The translations under genes were made by a program, and so were the position numbers. Source: an uncultured Acidobacteriota bacterium (lineage in GTDB: Bacteria; Acidobacteriota; Polarisedimenticolia; J045). From it: a stretch of 64,000 nucleotides of DNA. Shown here piece by piece: positions 10,207-20,956 of this stretch. Under the pieces are notes generated by a model. It saw nothing but the letters and a program-made list of their open reading frames with translations, made no database searches and was not told the origin of the DNA. The stretch lies in contig CAVPCQ010000006.1 of NCBI GenBank assembly GCA_963702425.1, positions 128,001 to 192,000 of the forward strand, written 5' to 3'. Positions within the stretch are counted from its first letter, which is position 1. Each line of letters begins with the position of its first letter.

Positions 10207-11157
10207 GTGACCGACGACAGCTTCGAAAAGCCGATCCTCGAGCTCGAGCAGAAGATCGAGGAGCTCGCCGGGCTCGGCAATCCGGCGCTCGACGACGAGA
10301 TCGCGAGTCTGCGCGACAAGCTCGACGCGGTCCGGCGCGGGATCTACTCGCAGCTCGACCCGTGGCAGAAAACGCAGGTCGCGCGCCACGCGCGACGGCC
10401 GTACACGCTGGATTACGTCGGCGGCCTGCTCGAGGACTGGATCGAGCTGCACGGCGACCGGCGCTTCTCCGACGACCACGCGATCGTCGCCGGGCTCGGC
10501 CGGTTCCGCGGCCGGCCGGTGGCCGTGGTGGGGCACCAGAAGGGGCGCGCCACGCGCGAGAAGCTGCAGCGCAACTTCGGCATGCCGCGTCCGGACGGCT
10601 ACCGCAAGGCGCTGCGCGTGATGCAGATGGCGGAGAAGTTCGGCCGGCCGGTTCTGACCTTCATCGACACGCCGGGGGCCTATCCGGGGATCGACGCGGA
10701 GGAACGCGGACAGGCGGAGGCGATCGCCTTCAATCTGCGCGAAATGGCGCGGCTGCGGGTGCCGGTGATCTGCACCGTGACTGGCGAGGGCGGCTCGGGC
10801 GGCGCGCTGGCGATCGGCGTCGGGAACCGCGTCAACATGCTCGAGTACTCGATCTACTCGGTCATCAGCCCGGAGGGCTGTGCGTCGATCCTGTGGCGCG
10901 ACGCGTCGAAAGCGCCGGAGATGGCGCAGGCGCTGCGCCTCACCGCGCCCGATCTGAAGGAGCTCGAAGTGATCGACGAGATCATCCCCGAACCGGCCGG
11001 GGCGGCACACTCCGATCCGCAGGGGACGATCGACGCCGTCGGCCGCGTGCTCGAGCGCCAGCTCGACGAACTGGCGGCGCTCACTCCGGAGGAGTTGCTG
11101 GAAGACCGCTACCAGCGCTTCCGGCGGATCGGCAGGTTCACCGAGCTGCACGTCTGA
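10207..11157 (+). CDS. accA: Acetyl-CoA carboxylase carboxyltransferase alpha subunit
   Basis: [43 protein letters not shown]. Confidence 0.96.
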   Translation: MTDDSFEKPILELEQKIEELAGLGNPALDDEIASLRDKLDAVRRGIYSQLDPWQKTQVARHARRPYTLDYVGGLLEDWIELHGDRRFSDDHAIVAGLGRFRGRPVAVVGHQKGRATREKLQRNFGMPRPDGYRKALRVMQMAEKFGRPVLTFIDTPGAYPGIDAEERGQAEAIAFNLREMARLRVPVICTVTGEGGSGGALAIGVGNRVNMLEYSIYSVISPEGCASILWRDASKAPEMAQALRLTAPDLKELEVIDEIIPEPAGAAHSDPQGTIDAVGRVLERQLDELAALTPEELLEDRYQRFRRIGRFTELHV

Positions 11158-11161
11158 GCGG

Positions 11162-11956
11162 TCAGGCGAGGCGCTTGGCGGCGTTCCAGCGCCGGTCGAG
11201 CTCTGTCGCGTCGAGATCCTCCAGCCGCACTCCGTCTGCGGCCGCGCGCCCCTCGACCCGCCGGAAGCGCTCGGCGAACTTCGCGGTCGCGCGCGCGAGC
11301 GCCCCTTCGGGGTCGAGCTTCAGCTTTCGCGCGAGGCTGGCCGCCGCGAACAGGAGATCGCCGAGTTCCTCCTCGACCCCGGCCCGGTCGCCGTCGACAA
11401 GCGCGGCCCGCAACTCGGCGGCCTCCTCCATCAGCTTGTCGACGATCCCCTCCGGCCGCGGCCAGTCGAAACCGGCGCGGGACGCCTTGTCGGCGACAGC
11501 CGAGGCCCGGCCGAGGGCCGGCAGCCCGCGCGGAATACCGTCCAGCCGGGAGACCGGGGCGGTTCCGCCGCCGGCTGCCGGGCCCCCCGCCTTCTCGGCG
11601 CGCTTGATCTCGTCCCAGCGGCGCCAGACGTCCTCCACCCGGTGCGCCTCGGCGTCGCCGAAGACGTGGGGATGCCGCCGCTCGAGCTTGGCCGAGATCG
11701 CGTCGGCGACGTCCTCGAACCGGAAATGCCCCTCCTCCTCCGCGATCCTCGCCAGGAACGCCACCTGCAGCAGCAGGTCGCCCAACTCCTCCCGGAGCTC
11801 GTCCCAATCCCCGCCGTCGATCGCTTCCACGACCTCGTGGGCCTCTTCCAGCACATAGGGGCGCAGCGTGCGCAGCGTCTGCTCCCGGTCCCACGGGCAG
11901 CCGTTCTCGCCGCGAAGGCGGGCCATGATCGCGATCAACCGGTCGGTGGCGTCCAC
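11162..11956 (-). CDS. mazG: Nucleoside triphosphate pyrophosphohydrolase MazG
   Basis: GCPWDREQT, EELGDLL twice, RRHPHVF, GFDW. Confidence 0.95.
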   Translation of the reverse strand: MDATDRLIAIMARLRGENGCPWDREQTLRTLRPYVLEEAHEVVEAIDGGDWDELREELGDLLLQVAFLARIAEEEGHFRFEDVADAISAKLERRHPHVFGDAEAHRVEDVWRRWDEIKRAEKAGGPAAGGGTAPVSRLDGIPRGLPALGRASAVADKASRAGFDWPRPEGIVDKLMEEAAELRAALVDGDRAGVEEELGDLLFAAASLARKLKLDPEGALARATAKFAERFRRVEGRAAADGVRLEDLDATELDRRWNAAKRLA

Positions 11957-12092
11957 GTCGGCGTCTCCCTGGGGGGCTCGACCCCCGTGTCCTCGGTCGT
12001 TCGAGGCAATCCGCGGAGGTTTGGAACCGCGGAAAGGGCGGGTACTATTCTCGCCGAGGAACCACCTTCTCCAGAGCGGAGATCCCAGACCG

Positions 12093-12464
12093 ATGACCGA
12101 TGCCGACGACTGCCGGAGAGCCCCCGGAGCCGGCGGGGGAGAGGACGTGCCGCTCCCCGGCGGCGGCGTGATGCATCGCGAGCCCGCTTCCGCCGATCCG
12201 CGGCCCGAGCCGGACCTTCCTGTCACCCTCGAGACGATCGTCAAGCCGTTCTTCCTGATGGGGCTGGCCGCGTTGGGCGTGATCCCCCACCCCGATCACG
12301 GCGGGTCGCAGGTCGACCTCGCGGCCGCCCGCCTTGCGATCGCGGCGCTCGAGCTGCTCCGGGAGAAGACCTCGGGCAACGCCTCGGACGAGGAGCGACG
12401 CCTGATCGAACAGGCGCTGCTCGACTTGAAGATGCAGTACGTCGAGGTGCGGGGCAGCTTGTGA
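12093..12464 (+). CDS. DUF1844-like protein
   Basis: LGVIPHP...DLAAARLAI..LELLREKTSGN..DEE pattern. Confidence 0.75.
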   Translation: MTDADDCRRAPGAGGGEDVPLPGGGVMHREPASADPRPEPDLPVTLETIVKPFFLMGLAALGVIPHPDHGGSQVDLAAARLAIAALELLREKTSGNASDEERRLIEQALLDLKMQYVEVRGSL

Positions 12465-15400
12465 CGCGCGGACTGTCGAAGAGGGGCCTCGCGGCCGCTG
12501 CAATCGCGGCGGTGGGTTTCGCGATCTGGGCCGGGGGAACGGCCCGGGCGCAGCAGGCCCGGCCCGAGAGCACCTCCGCGCCGGCGCCCCCCGCGGCCAC
12601 CGCCACGCCCGAGAGCGACGCCAACTTCGCCACATCCCTCACCAACCGCGTCGAGGGACGCTGGCTGCGGCGCCGGGGCCTGCTGGCGCAGGGGAACGCC
12701 TCCGAGGTCGCGCAATCGTCGCAGGAGCTGCTCGATTTCCTGCGCGAGGAGGGGATCGGCCGTCTCGAACCGGTGGCAGACGCGGCCGTGCTCGAAGCGC
12801 GGCGCGAGCTGCAGGTCGGGAATCTCTCCGCGGCGCGCGAGACATTCGGGCTCGCGGCGCAGCTCGACCCCGAGCAGCCGGCGGCGATCTGGGGCGTCGC
12901 ACGGACGCGCTGGCAGACCGAAGGGGGGATCGGCGCGCTCGTCTCGGGCGGTTTCCAGGCTCTGCGCGCGGGGGCCCGCAACTTCTGGACCGTCTACCGC
13001 GACCTGGTCCAGTCCGGGACCTGGGTCTTCCTCGCCCTGCTCGCGACCGGCGCCGGTCTCGTCGTCGTCCTGCTGATCAAACACGGCGGCGAACTCGCCC
13101 ACGAGGTCGACGAGCGGTTGCCGCGCAGCTGGATCCCGGCCTGGCGCCGCGTCATCGCCTGGGCCGTCATCCTCTCGCCGATCGTGCTCGTCGTGCCTGG
13201 CCCGTGGGCGCTGCTGCTGTGGGCAGTCGCGCTGGCGATCGTCGCGGAGCGGCCCGCACGGTACGCGCTGCTCACCTGGCTGGCCGTGCTGGCGCTCGCG
13301 GTCCCGGCGTCGGCCGTCGTCGGGAACCTGGCCGGCGTGGCCGCGTCGCCGGCTGCTCGGGCGGCGGTGGCCTCGGCCGAGCGCTCGCTGCAGCCCGACC
13401 TGCTCGTCGAACTGACCTCGATGATCGAAGCGGAGCCGCGACAGGCCACCTGGAAGGTGCTCGCCGCACGCCACCTCGCCGCGCATTACCCCGACCGCGC
13501 GGTCGAACTGCTGCGCCAGGCCGCAGCCGAGGCACCGCGCGACGCGCGGACGCGAGTGCTGCTGGGGAACGTCTTCTACCGCGCGGCGCGCTACGAGACG
13601 GCCGGCGTGGAGTACCGAGCGGCGGCGCAGCTCGATCCGAAGGACCCGCTGGCCTGGTTCAACCTGGCGCGGGTCCGACTGGCCACCTTCCAGTTCCCGG
13701 GAGCCGAGGAGGCGATGCGGCAGGCCCGGACCCTTTCGAAGCGGACGGTCGCGCGGCTCGAGAGCGAGCTGCCGCAGGCCGAGGTAGCCGACCCCGAGTT
13801 CGGCGCCGTCGAGGTGGCCCGGCAGGTCCTGGCGGGCCGGAGCGTGCCCGGGACATGGACTGCCATTCGCTTCGGCAACCCGCTCACGCTGGCCGCCATC
13901 GCGGCCCTGCTGCTGGCGATCGCGCTGCGGATCCGCACAGGAGGCGCACGCTCGATCGCCTGCCCGCGCTGCGGTCACCCCACCTGTCCGCGCTGCGCCG
14001 CGCGGATCGGCGAAGACGGGACCTGTTTCCGCTGCGGCCAGCTGCTGTCGCGGCGCGAGGGGCTGGATCCCGACGCACGCCGGGAGCAGGCCCAACGGAT
14101 CGAGCGTCACCTCCGCCGGCGCAGCCGCCTGCTGACCGGGCTGCACCTGGCGTGGCCGGGCCTCTCATGGGTCTACGAGGGGCGGGTTTGGACGGGACTG
14201 GCGATCGCTGCGACGTGGGCGTTCCTCTTGCTCGGCGCCCTCTTCCCCGAGCGTCTGCTCCCGGTCGCCTCCGCCGCCCCACCCTGGCGGACCGGGATGC
14301 CGATGGCGCTCGCCGCGGCGGGCTTCTGGATCGTCATGCAACTCCCTTGGCTGCGCCCGCGCCGGGCGGGGGGAGGTAACGTGGCGCTGCGCGGCACGCT
14401 CGGCGACTTCTCGCTCGCCGACATCCTCCAGCTGATCGGGCTGCAGCGGAAGACCGGACTGCTCGTCCTGCAGCGCGACGAGGAGCAGGTGCGGGTCGGC
14501 TTCGAGAACGGGCGCGTCGTCGCCGCCGAGACCTCGTTGCGCCCACCCGAAGGCCGGATCGGGCAGTACCTGCTGCGCTCCGGGAAGCTCACCGAGCAGC
14601 GCCTCGAGGCCGCGCTGCGCGAGCAGGATGCGTCGCTCCAGCGGCTCGGGCACCTGCTGGTGGAGAAGCGCTGGGTCGATCGCGAGACGATCCGGCAGAT
14701 CCTGACGCTGCAGGTCAGTGAGACGGTCTACGACCTGTTCCGGTGGCGGGATGGCGAGTACGACTTCCAGCCCGGTGTGACCTCCGCCTGGGACCGGGAG
14801 TTCGTGGAGCCGATTGCCTGCGACACGCTGCTCATGCAGGGCGCGCAGATGGTCGACGAGTGGCCGCTGATCGAGCGCTACATCCCGTCGGGCGCGGTGG
14901 TGCTCCGCCCGACGCGCGAGGCGGCGAGTTTCCTCGCGACCGGCAGCGAGGCCCAGGAGGGGAAGGGTACGGTCTACGAGCAGGACCTCGACTTCGGCTT
15001 CATCCCGGCCGATCCGCTTCACGAGGGGGACGGCGGTCCCAGGCTCGGGGAGCGTGAGCGAGGCGTGCTGCGCTGGATCGATGGACAGCGCACCGCCGGC
15101 GAGGTCGCCGAACTGGCCGGGCTGGGGACCTTCGAGTCGTTCAAGACGCTCGCCCACCTGGTCGAGCTGAAGATGCTGGAGCCCGTGGCGACCGAGGCCG
15201 TCGCGCCAGAAGCGACGGCTCCGGCGCTGATGCGTTCCAAGCTGGCAGCGCGGGTGGCGGCCTTCGCGGTCGCGGCGCTCGCGGTGCTGGGCGCGCTCGC
15301 GGCCGGCCAGGCCCTGGTCCGGGCCTTCTTCCCCGGGACCCGCGCCCTGCCGCTGCCGGCGACCGCCGCTTCGGCGGCCTGGATCGGCCGGACCGCGGGC

Positions 15401-15691
15401 CTGGACGACGTCCGGCGCGCGGAGAGCGCGGTCCGCATGGCGCGCGTCGAGCGCGGCGTCCACGTCTACTACCTCGACACCGCGAATTGGCCGCGCACGC
15501 TGGCCGAGGTCGTCGAGCGCGGGCTTCTCCCGCGCTCCCTGGCGCGGGACCCGTGGGGCCGACCCTACCTCTACGAAGTGCTGCCAGAGAGCTTCCGGAT
15601 CGCCGAGGCCGGACCGACGGCCGGCCGGCCAGCCCAGGTGATCGAGCGCGCCCTCACCCCCCTCGAGAAGTCCGCGTCGGGCGGCCGCTGA
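12461..15691 (+). CDS. Polytopic membrane TPR protein with Cys4 motifs, read in frame into a DUF4388-like domain with a GspG-like C-terminus (possibly two genes; second start GTG 14381)
   Basis: TPR helices, TM segments, CPRCG..CPRC..C..C, then GGAGG-GTG ALRGTLGDFSLADILQLIG and C-terminal DPWGRPY. Confidence 0.65.
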   Translation: MTRGLSKRGLAAAAIAAVGFAIWAGGTARAQQARPESTSAPAPPAATATPESDANFATSLTNRVEGRWLRRRGLLAQGNASEVAQSSQELLDFLREEGIGRLEPVADAAVLEARRELQVGNLSAARETFGLAAQLDPEQPAAIWGVARTRWQTEGGIGALVSGGFQALRAGARNFWTVYRDLVQSGTWVFLALLATGAGLVVVLLIKHGGELAHEVDERLPRSWIPAWRRVIAWAVILSPIVLVVPGPWALLLWAVALAIVAERPARYALLTWLAVLALAVPASAVVGNLAGVAASPAARAAVASAERSLQPDLLVELTSMIEAEPRQATWKVLAARHLAAHYPDRAVELLRQAAAEAPRDARTRVLLGNVFYRAARYETAGVEYRAAAQLDPKDPLAWFNLARVRLATFQFPGAEEAMRQARTLSKRTVARLESELPQAEVADPEFGAVEVARQVLAGRSVPGTWTAIRFGNPLTLAAIAALLLAIALRIRTGGARSIACPRCGHPTCPRCAARIGEDGTCFRCGQLLSRREGLDPDARREQAQRIERHLRRRSRLLTGLHLAWPGLSWVYEGRVWTGLAIAATWAFLLLGALFPERLLPVASAAPPWRTGMPMALAAAGFWIVMQLPWLRPRRAGGGNVALRGTLGDFSLADILQLIGLQRKTGLLVLQRDEEQVRVGFENGRVVAAETSLRPPEGRIGQYLLRSGKLTEQRLEAALREQDASLQRLGHLLVEKRWVDRETIRQILTLQVSETVYDLFRWRDGEYDFQPGVTSAWDREFVEPIACDTLLMQGAQMVDEWPLIERYIPSGAVVLRPTREAASFLATGSEAQEGKGTVYEQDLDFGFIPADPLHEGDGGPRLGERERGVLRWIDGQRTAGEVAELAGLGTFESFKTLAHLVELKMLEPVATEAVAPEATAPALMRSKLAARVAAFAVAALAVLGALAAGQALVRAFFPGTRALPLPATAASAAWIGRTAGLDDVRRAESAVRMARVERGVHVYYLDTANWPRTLAEVVERGLLPRSLARDPWGRPYLYEVLPESFRIAEAGPTAGRPAQVIERALTPLEKSASGGR

Positions 15692-15730
15692 GCGGTTTCC
15701 CCGGGGTGGCCCATCGCCCGCGGCCCCCGA

Positions 15731-15759
15731 TTGACACGCTGCACACCCGGTCTTAGAAA
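15731..15759 (+). promoter_or_regulatory. Sigma-70-type promoter of dnaK
   Basis: TTGACA-17 nt-TAGAAA, about 95 bp before the dnaK ATG. Confidence 0.55.
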
Positions 15760-15854
15760 CGCGGCGCAACCGGGGCGACGTGTGTCCCCCGGCGGGCCCG
15801 AGGCCGGCCCGGCGCAGCGCGCCGGGGCGCGGCAGGCCCCTCGAGGAGAGCCAG

Positions 15855-17775
15855 ATGGCCAAGATGATCGGAATCGACCTCGGCACCACCAACTCGGTGG
15901 TGGCCGTGATGGAGGGCGGCAAGCCCGTCGTGATCGCCAACGCGGAGGGGACCCGCACCACCCCCTCCGTCGTGGCGTTCAAGGACAACAACGAACGGGT
16001 GGTCGGCGTGCAGGCCAAGCGCCAGGCGGTGACGAACCCCGAGCGGACCGTCTTCTCGATCAAGCGCTTCATGGGCTGGAAGCACCGCGACCTGAAGGGC
16101 GAGGAGAAGCGGGTCCCCTACAAGGTCGTCGAGGCCGAGAACGGGGACACCCGGATCCAGATCGACGGCCGCGTCTACTCGCCGCCCGAGATCTCGGCGA
16201 TGGTCCTGCAGAAGCTCAAGGCCGACGCCGAGGCCTACCTCGGCGAGAAGATCGACCGCGCCGTGATCACGGTGCCGGCCTACTTCAACGACGCCCAGCG
16301 CCAGGCGACGAAGGACGCCGGCCAGATCGCCGGCTTCAAGGTCGACCGGCTCGTGCCCGAGCCGACCGCGGCCGCGCTGGCCTACGGCCTCGAGCGGAAG
16401 AAGGACGAGAAGATCGCGGTCTACGACTTCGGCGGCGGCACCTTCGACATCTCGATCCTCGAGGTCGGGGACGGCGTGGTCGAGGTCAAGTCGACCTCCG
16501 GCGACACGCACCTCGGCGGCGACGACATCGACGCCCGGCTGATGGAGTGGATCGCCGACGAGTTCAAGAAGGAGTCGGGAATCGACCTGTCGAAGGACAA
16601 GATGGCGCTGCAGCGGCTCAAGGAGGCCGCCGAGAAGGCCAAGATCGAGCTCTCCACGATGATGGAGACCGACATCAACCTGCCCTTCATCACCGCCGAC
16701 GCCTCGGGCCCCAAGCACCTCACGATGCGCCTGACGCGCGCCAGGTTCGAGCAGCTCGTGGGCGACATCATCCGCCGCACGATGCCGCCGCTCGAGCAGG
16801 CGCTCAAGGACTCCGGGCTGTCCGCGAAGGAGATCCACGAGGTCATCCTGGTCGGCGGCTCGACCCGCATCCCGATGGTCCAGCAGCTGGTCACCGAGTT
16901 CTTCGGCAAGGAGCCGAACAAGAGCGTCAACCCCGACGAGGTCGTCGCGGTCGGCGCGGCGATCCAGGCCGGCATCCTGGGCGGCGAGGTCAAGGACGTC
17001 CTGCTGCTCGACGTGACCCCGCTCTCGCTGGGGATCGAGACCTACGGCGGCGTCATGACGACGCTGATCCCGCGCAACACGACGATCCCCTCGCGCAAGT
17101 CGGAGACCTTCTCGACCGCGTCCGACAACCAGACCCAGGTCGAGGTCCACGTGCTCCAGGGCGAACGCCCGATGGCGCGCGACAACAAGTCGATCGGGAA
17201 GTTCGTGCTCGACGGCATCCCGGTGGCGCCGCGCGGCATGCCGCAGATCGAGGTGACCTTCGACATCGACACCAACGGGATCCTGCACGTGACGGCGCGC
17301 GACAAGGCGACCGGCCGCGACCAGCGGATCACGATCCAGGCCTCTTCCGGCCTCTCCGACGAACAGATCAAGCAGATGGTCGACGAGGCGCAGCGCAACG
17401 CCGACTCGGACAAGGCCCGGCGCGAGACGGCCGAGAACAAGAACCGGCTCGAGCACATGGCCTGGCAGATGGAGAAGACGCTCAAGGACGCGGGCGAGAA
17501 GCTGACGCCGGCCGAGAAGGGCGAACTCGAGGCGGCGCTGGCGGAAGCGAAGGGCGCCACGGCGGGAGACGATGCCGGGCCGGATCACGGCGGCCTACGA
17601 TCGGCTCACCCGGGCCGGCCACGCCGTCGCCCAGCACCTCTACCAGGCCGGCGGCGCGGCGGACTCCGGGCCAGCTTCCGGCGGGGACGGGGCGGCGGGC
17701 GGCTCCGCGTCGGCGCCGCACGACGGCGTCGTCGATGCCGAGGTCGTGGACGACCCGGGCTCGGGCAACCGATAA
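15855..17775 (+). CDS. dnaK: Chaperone DnaK (+1 frameshift near 17577, probably sequencing error)
   Basis: [33 protein letters not shown]. The C-terminal VVDAEV tail lies in the shifted frame. Confidence 0.96.
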
Positions 17776-17816
17776 TCCCGCCGCCGGTGGGCGGCGAGGC
17801 ACGCGCCACGATGCGC

Positions 17817-17851
17817 GACGAGGCGGCGCCCCCCGGCGCCGCCTCGTCTTT
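17817..17851 (+). terminator. Hairpin or weak intrinsic terminator after dnaK
   Basis: 14-bp perfect stem GACGAGGCGGCGCC/GGCGCCGCCTCGTC, 4-nt loop, TTT tail. Confidence 0.6.
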
Positions 17852-17876
17852 CACCCGGCGGGCCGAGGGAGTGTCG

Positions 17877-18338
17877 ATGAAGAGCTGGGACCCGTTCCGC
17901 GACCTGCTGACGATCCAGGACCGGATGAACAAGCTGTTCGAGACGGTCCTGACGGGGCCGGTTCCGACTGGACAGGACGGGGAGGGGATCCACTTCTGGC
18001 GCCCGGTCTCGGAGGTTCTCGAAACGCCCGAGGCGCTCGTCGTCGAATGCGAACTCGCGGCGCTCGAGCGCGAGCAGATCGAGATCCGGGTCGACGAGCT
18101 GCTGCTCACCGTGCAGGGCGAGCGGGCGCGGCCCGAGGACCAGGAGGACTGGACCTTCCACCGCCTGGAGCGGCCTCGCGGCAAGTTCGTGCGGAAGTTC
18201 GAGTTGCCGCTGGGGCTCGACCTCGACCGGGTGTCCGCGCAGCTGGAGGGGGGCGTGCTGCGCGTCATCCTTCCGAAGCGGCCGGAAGCGCGGGCCCGCG
18301 CGGTCCCGGTGGCGCGAACCCCCGGGCGCGACAACTGA
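17877..18338 (+). CDS. Hsp20/alpha-crystallin small heat-shock protein
   Basis: [37 protein letters not shown]. Confidence 0.9.
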   Translation: MKSWDPFRDLLTIQDRMNKLFETVLTGPVPTGQDGEGIHFWRPVSEVLETPEALVVECELAALEREQIEIRVDELLLTVQGERARPEDQEDWTFHRLERPRGKFVRKFELPLGLDLDRVSAQLEGGVLRVILPKRPEARARAVPVARTPGRDN

Positions 18339-18439
18339 TCCGAGGGGTGGGCGGCGCGCGAAGCTGCCCCTATCATGTCGCGTCCCCGCCGGCCGATGAG
18401 TCGGCTCGCGGGGTCGGGGAGCGAGCCGCGGAGGGTCGG

Positions 18440-19318
18440 ATGCCGGCGGAGTTCGGGGAGGGGCGGTCGGAACAGCAGGGGCGGGGGCCGTCGTCTCCCG
18501 AGTCGCTGCGCAAGTACCTCAAGGAGATCGCGAAGCTCCCGCGGATCACCGTGGAGGAGGAGCGCGATCTCGGCCGCAAGATCCAGAAGGGCGACCGGGC
18601 GGCGATGCAGAAGCTCGTCGAGGCGAACCTCCGCTTCGTCGTCTCGTTCGCCAAGCGCTACCGCGGCTGCGGACTGTCGTTCCTCGACCTGATCAACGAG
18701 GGGAACGTCGGCCTGATCGAGGCGGCCAAGCGCTTCGATCCGACCAAGAACGTCAAGTTCATCACCTACGCGGTCTGGTGGATCCGACAGTCGATCATCC
18801 ACGCCCTGTCCGACCAGAGCGGGCCGTTCCGGCTGCCGCAGAAGCAGGCCAACCTGCTCTACCGGATCGGCAAGACCCAGTCGGCGCTGATGTCCGAGCT
18901 CCAGCGGCGACCCTCGGTCGAGGAGATCGCGGAAGCGATGGACGTCGATCCCGAGGACGTGACCACGCTGCTGCAGGTCTCCGACGAGAACATCTCGCTC
19001 TCCGAGGTGATCGACGAGGAGCACGAGTTCCACCTCTCCGACAAGCTCGAGCAGGAGGTCATCCCGTCGGCCGACGCGGTGATGCTGCGCGGGGCGCTGA
19101 AGACTCACATGCGGCAGGCGTTGACCGACCTCGATGACAAGGAGCGCCGGGTCATCCTGCTGCGCTACGGCCTGACGGGCGAGGAACCGAAGACGCTCAA
19201 GGAGATCGGCGAGGTGATGAACCTCTCGCGCGAGCGGATCCGGCAGATCGAGGCCCAGGCGCTGCGCAAGCTGCACCGTTCCTCGAAGTGCCAGCAGCTG
19301 AGGAGCTACCTGAACTGA
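18440..19318 (+). CDS. Sigma-70 family RNA polymerase sigma factor lacking region 1.1
   Basis: YLKEI, LVEANLRFVVS, DLINEGNVGL, YAVWWIRQSI, TLKEIG..MNLSRERIRQIE. Confidence 0.93.
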   Translation: MPAEFGEGRSEQQGRGPSSPESLRKYLKEIAKLPRITVEEERDLGRKIQKGDRAAMQKLVEANLRFVVSFAKRYRGCGLSFLDLINEGNVGLIEAAKRFDPTKNVKFITYAVWWIRQSIIHALSDQSGPFRLPQKQANLLYRIGKTQSALMSELQRRPSVEEIAEAMDVDPEDVTTLLQVSDENISLSEVIDEEHEFHLSDKLEQEVIPSADAVMLRGALKTHMRQALTDLDDKERRVILLRYGLTGEEPKTLKEIGEVMNLSRERIRQIEAQALRKLHRSSKCQQLRSYLN

Positions 19319-20074
19319 TGGCCGAGGAGGGGCGCGCGGCGGGCCGGTCACCGGAGCTCGAGGCGGCCTGCCCCCGCTGCGGCGGGACAGGGTTCGTCGT
19401 CGAGAGCCGGGAGGGCGCCAGCGGCGCCCGGCCGTGCGACTGCCGCACGGCCCGACGCGGCGAATTGCGCCGCAGCTCCGCCCAGGTCCCCGAGCGCTAC
19501 GCCCAGTGCTCGCTCGACAGTCTTTCCAGCACCTCAACAACCCCATCCCTGCAGCGCGCGATCGAGATGGCGCGCAAGGTCGTCGACCTCTACCCGTTCG
19601 AGCGAGCGCGGCCTGCTCCTGATGGGCCCCTGCGGGCTGGGCAAGACCCACCTCGCCGTGGCGGTGCTGCGCGAGCTGGTCGAACACAAGGGGGCCTGGG
19701 GGCTCTTCACCGAGTTCTCGTTCCTGTTGCGCCGGATCCAGGACACCTACGACCGCCGCTCGGAGACGCCGAGCTGGGCGGTGCTCCAGCCGGCGCTCGA
19801 AGCGGAAGTGCTGGTGCTGGACGACCTCGGCGCGACGCGCGCGACACCGTGGGTGCTCGAGACGCTCGGCCTGATCCTCAACGAGCGCTACAACAACCGC
19901 CGCCTGACGATCGTCACGACCAACCGGCTCGACGCACCGCCGCGCCCCGAGGAGTCGCTCGCGGACCGGATCGGGGAGCGGCTCTCCTCACGCCTGGCCG
20001 AGATGTGCTGGACGGTGCGCTTCGACGGGGCCGATTTCCGCAAGACCTACGGTTCCGCGATGTTTCACCTCTGA
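19318..20074 (+). CDS. DnaC/IstB/DnaI-like AAA+ ATPase with N-terminal Zn finger (+1 frameshift near 19600)
   Basis: CPRCGGTG...RPCDC, then [41 protein letters not shown]. Confidence 0.85.
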
Positions 20075-20154
20075 GCCTCCCGCGCCGCCGGCCGCGCTCG
20101 GCGGGGGTGGCTGCCCGTCTCCGGCTTCGATAACCTCCGGGCGAGGAGAATCCG

Positions 20155-20941
20155 ATGGCCGATGGCACGCTCGTCCTCCGGGAAGCGTCCGACGGGGTGA
20201 CCCGTCTCACCGTCAATCGCCCCGACAAGCTGAACGCCCTCAACGTCGAGGTGCTGGCCGCCCTGCGCGCGCGCTTCGCCGAGGCCGGCTCGGATCCCGA
20301 GGTCCGTGCGGTGGTCCTGACCGGCGCCGGCACCAAGGCCTTCGTCGCCGGCGCCGACATCGCCGAGATGGCCGCGACTCGCCCCCGAGGCGGCCCGGAC
20401 CTTCGCTCGCTCCGGCCAGGCCGTGGCCGACGCGATCGACGCCGCCGGCAAGCCGGTCGTCGCCGCCGTGAACGGCTGGGCGCTGGGCGGCGGGTGCGAG
20501 CTGGCCATGATGTGCCACCTGCGGGTGGCGGCACCGACGGCGCGGTTCGGGCAGCCGGAGGTCGGGCTCGGCCTGATCCCGGGGTTCGGCGGGACCCAGC
20601 GCCTGGCGCGGCTGGTCGGCGAGGGGCGGGCGCTCGAGATGATCCTCGGGGGGAAGCCGATCGACGCCGAGACGGCCCTCGCCTGGGGCCTCGTCAACCG
20701 GATCGCGCGCGAGCGGGACGCGGTGGAGGAGGCGACCCTCGTGGCGCGGGAGATCGCGTCCCAGGGCCCGGTCGCGGTCCGGCTCTCGATCGCCGCGGTG
20801 CGCAGCGGCCTCTCGATGCCGCTGGGCGAGGCGCTGGCGCACGAGGCCGCGTTGTTCGGGGTGGCCTTCGGCACCGAGGACATGCGCGAGGGGACCACGG
20901 CCTTCCTCGAGAAGCGGAAGCCAGCCTTCCGCGGGCGCTGA
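20155..20941 (+). CDS. Enoyl-CoA hydratase/crotonase (+1 frameshift near 20377)
   Basis: [50 protein letters not shown]. Confidence 0.92.
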
Positions 20942-20956
20942 GCCCCGGCGGGACGG

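Noticed and set aside
15780-18338. 852-aa DnaK-Hsp20 fusion ORF
   Set aside because: Caused by a +1 insertion near 17577. The DnaK tail and stop are in the other frame, and a hairpin and RBS precede hsp20.
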